The notes beneath the pieces were generated by a model. That model was given only the letters and a program-made list of their open reading frames with translations, had not been told where the DNA came from and did no database searches. This document shows positions 17,327-18,907 of a DNA stretch of 18,907 nt, piece after piece; positions within the stretch are counted from its first letter, which is position 1; each line of letters opens with the position of its first letter. The stretch is from Calditrichia bacterium (GTDB lineage Bacteria; Calditrichota; Calditrichia; RBG-13-44-9), in assembly GCA_037381445.1 (NCBI GenBank), contig JARRQT010000075.1, forward strand, positions 1 to 18,907, in the 5' to 3' direction. The position numbers and the translations under genes were made by a program.

Positions 17327-18204
17327 TGCTACGTCATTTTCTACTTTCGGCATGGGAATGGGACCCTTCCATCATTATCGGGTGTGCAATCCTGCTTATC
17401 GCATATTTGGTATTGATAGGCTCGCGGTTCAACAAGCGATCCCTCTACTACCTGCTGGGACTGGCCATCTTCTTTCTTGCTCTGGTATCTCCGCTGGATG
17501 AGCTGGGGGATGAATATCTTTTCAGCGCCCATATGCTTCAGCACATTCTCTTTATCCTGGTGGTGCCGCCTTTGCTGATTCTCGGCATCCCCAAATGGCT
17601 GGCGGAAAAGGGGATGAAATATGCCTTCTTTCGCAAAACGGAACACTTTTTTAATCGTCCGCTGATCGCCTGGATTGCCGCCGCCGGTGCTATGTGGTTC
17701 TGGCATGCCCCTCCCATATTCAATGCGGCGCTGGCCAACGAGACCATCCATATCATACAGCATCTGAGTTTGGTGGTGGCTGGTACCATTTTCTGGTGGT
17801 ATGTGATTGATCCCCTGAAGGAGAACGACACCCATCCGTTGTCGATGGTCCTGTTTCTGTTTACAGCATGCATTGCCTGCACCCTGCTGGGGATTTTGAT
17901 CGCCTATTCCTCGCCGGGGATATACCCGGCTTACCTGAACCCGGCAGATCCCTGGGGCATTTTGCCAATCCTCCGTAACCAGTGGGGGCTGTCTCCGTTG
18001 GCGGACCTGCAAATCGGGGGGCTGCTGATGTGGGTGCCGGCCTGTTTTATTTATATCACCGGAATCATCGGTTTGCTGGTTCGCTGGTACAGCGAAAAGG
18101 AAGAAGTTGAATTGCCGGCGCCTAAACCCCAAACAAATTCCCTGAATCTGGCGGACAATAACAAATCTGAAATAAGGGAGAAAACCAATGAACGATCAGA
18201 ATAA
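17323..18204 (+). CDS. ctaG: caa3-type cytochrome c oxidase assembly factor (Caa3_CtaG family)
   Basis: SPLDELGDEYLFSAHMLQH, PPLLILG, WFWHAP, HIIQH, DLQIGGLLMWVP. Confidence 0.9.
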   Translation: MMLRHFLLSAWEWDPSIIIGCAILLIAYLVLIGSRFNKRSLYYLLGLAIFFLALVSPLDELGDEYLFSAHMLQHILFILVVPPLLILGIPKWLAEKGMKYAFFRKTEHFFNRPLIAWIAAAGAMWFWHAPPIFNAALANETIHIIQHLSLVVAGTIFWWYVIDPLKENDTHPLSMVLFLFTACIACTLLGILIAYSSPGIYPAYLNPADPWGILPILRNQWGLSPLADLQIGGLLMWVPACFIYITGIIGLLVRWYSEKEEVELPAPKPQTNSLNLADNNKSEIREKTNERSE

Positions 18205-18538
18205 GAACCCGGAGAGCAATTCCGATAGCATCTCGCCGGAAAGCACAAATCCGGCGGAAGCGTATCCGGAAATCGGGCAAGAGGAACAAATGGATGCGGC
18301 AGAAAGGGAAAGGCTCCTGCAGGAAGGCTGGCTTCCTCCCATGCCCAGGGAAGCGCTGCCGGAACCGACCTACTGGCCCATCACGCTGGCGCTTGGTTTA
18401 ATGTTTCTCCTGTGGGGAATTGTCACCAGTACCATCTTTTCAGCAGTGGGTCTGGTGATAACTGTGGTGGCCGTTCGCGGCTGGGTGCATGACATCAGAA
18501 TGGACCATAAAAAACAGAGCGTGGAAGAGTATGAATGA
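18188..18538 (+). CDS. Small 2-TM oxidase-associated subunit (CtaF-like or detached N-terminal part of subunit III)
   Basis: Acidic N-terminus, LPEPTYWP followed by two TMs ending GWVHD. GGGAG RBS; overlaps both ctaG and the Rieske gene. Confidence 0.75.
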   Translation: MNDQNKNPESNSDSISPESTNPAEAYPEIGQEEQMDAAERERLLQEGWLPPMPREALPEPTYWPITLALGLMFLLWGIVTSTIFSAVGLVITVVAVRGWVHDIRMDHKKQSVEEYE

Positions 18539-18907
18539 GGCAAACCAAATTCCCATCAGCAGGCGGAAGTTTTTCAACAAATTGAGCATTTTTCTGATCA
18601 CGCTTTCTTCCATCTTCGTGGGACTTCCCTTCATCGGGTTCCTGTTTATCCCGCTGTTCAGGAGGGTCAACCGCACCTGGCGTTCGGTGGGCGATGTGAG
18701 CCAGTTCAAGGTGGGGACCACGGTGCGGGTCGAATATGAAGATCCCACTCCACTGCCCTGGGCGGGAGTTACGGCCAAGACAGCGGCCTGGCTGCGGCGG
18801 GACAGTGAACTGGTATTCATTGCCTTTTCCATCGACTGCACCCATCTGGGCTGCCCGGTACGCTGGCTGCCGGAGGCAAACCTGTTTATGTGCCCCTGTC
18901 ACGGCGG
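18531..18907 (+). CDS. qcrA: Rieske iron-sulfur subunit of a quinol:cytochrome c reductase (partial, runs off the right edge)
   Basis: Manual translation from ATG 18531: MNEANQIPISRRKFFNKLSIFLITLSSIFVGLPFIGFLFIPLF... with a twin-arginine motif and TM anchor, then Rieske boxes CTHLGC and CPCHG. Confidence 0.93.
   Translation, partial: MNEANQIPISRRKFFNKLSIFLITLSSIFVGLPFIGFLFIPLFRRVNRTWRSVGDVSQFKVGTTVRVEYEDPTPLPWAGVTAKTAAWLRRDSELVFIAFSIDCTHLGCPVRWLPEANLFMCPCHG

Noticed and set aside
17341..18132. 263-aa minus-strand ORF and similar long antisense ORFs (5718-6401, 6964-7647, 14586-15161, 15790-16431)
   Set aside because: All lie opposite well-supported genes and lack motifs; expected shadows.

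Overview
Bacterial chromosomal window (coding regions roughly 50% GC, intergenic stretches AT-rich) with four modules. (1) A leftward MacAB-like export operon: membrane fusion protein, ABC ATPase and a large FtsX/MacB-type permease running off the left edge. It is preceded by a sigma54-type promoter with tandem palindromic enhancer sites. A lower-GC four-helix-bundle gene bracketed by inverted octamer tandem repeats interrupts it. (2) A divergent signalling operon: an NtrC-family sigma54 response regulator, then two membrane proteins with paralogous N-terminal sensor modules but different outputs (a SpoIIE/PP2C phosphatase and a histidine kinase). (3) A leftward non-canonical cbb3-type oxidase operon: ccoN, ccoO fused to an extra cytochrome c, a small membrane protein and an Ig-like/TM/cytochrome c protein, with no ccoP. 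(4) A divergent caa3-type (A1) oxidase operon: coxB with cytochrome c, coxA broken by an apparent ~55-nt frameshifting deletion in helix I, a short coxC, ctaG, a 2-TM subunit, and a Tat-exported Rieske protein running off the right edge. The most unusual items are the repeat-bracketed four-helix-bundle cassette, the shared-sensor kinase/phosphatase pair, and the broken coxA beside an intact atypical cbb3 operon.
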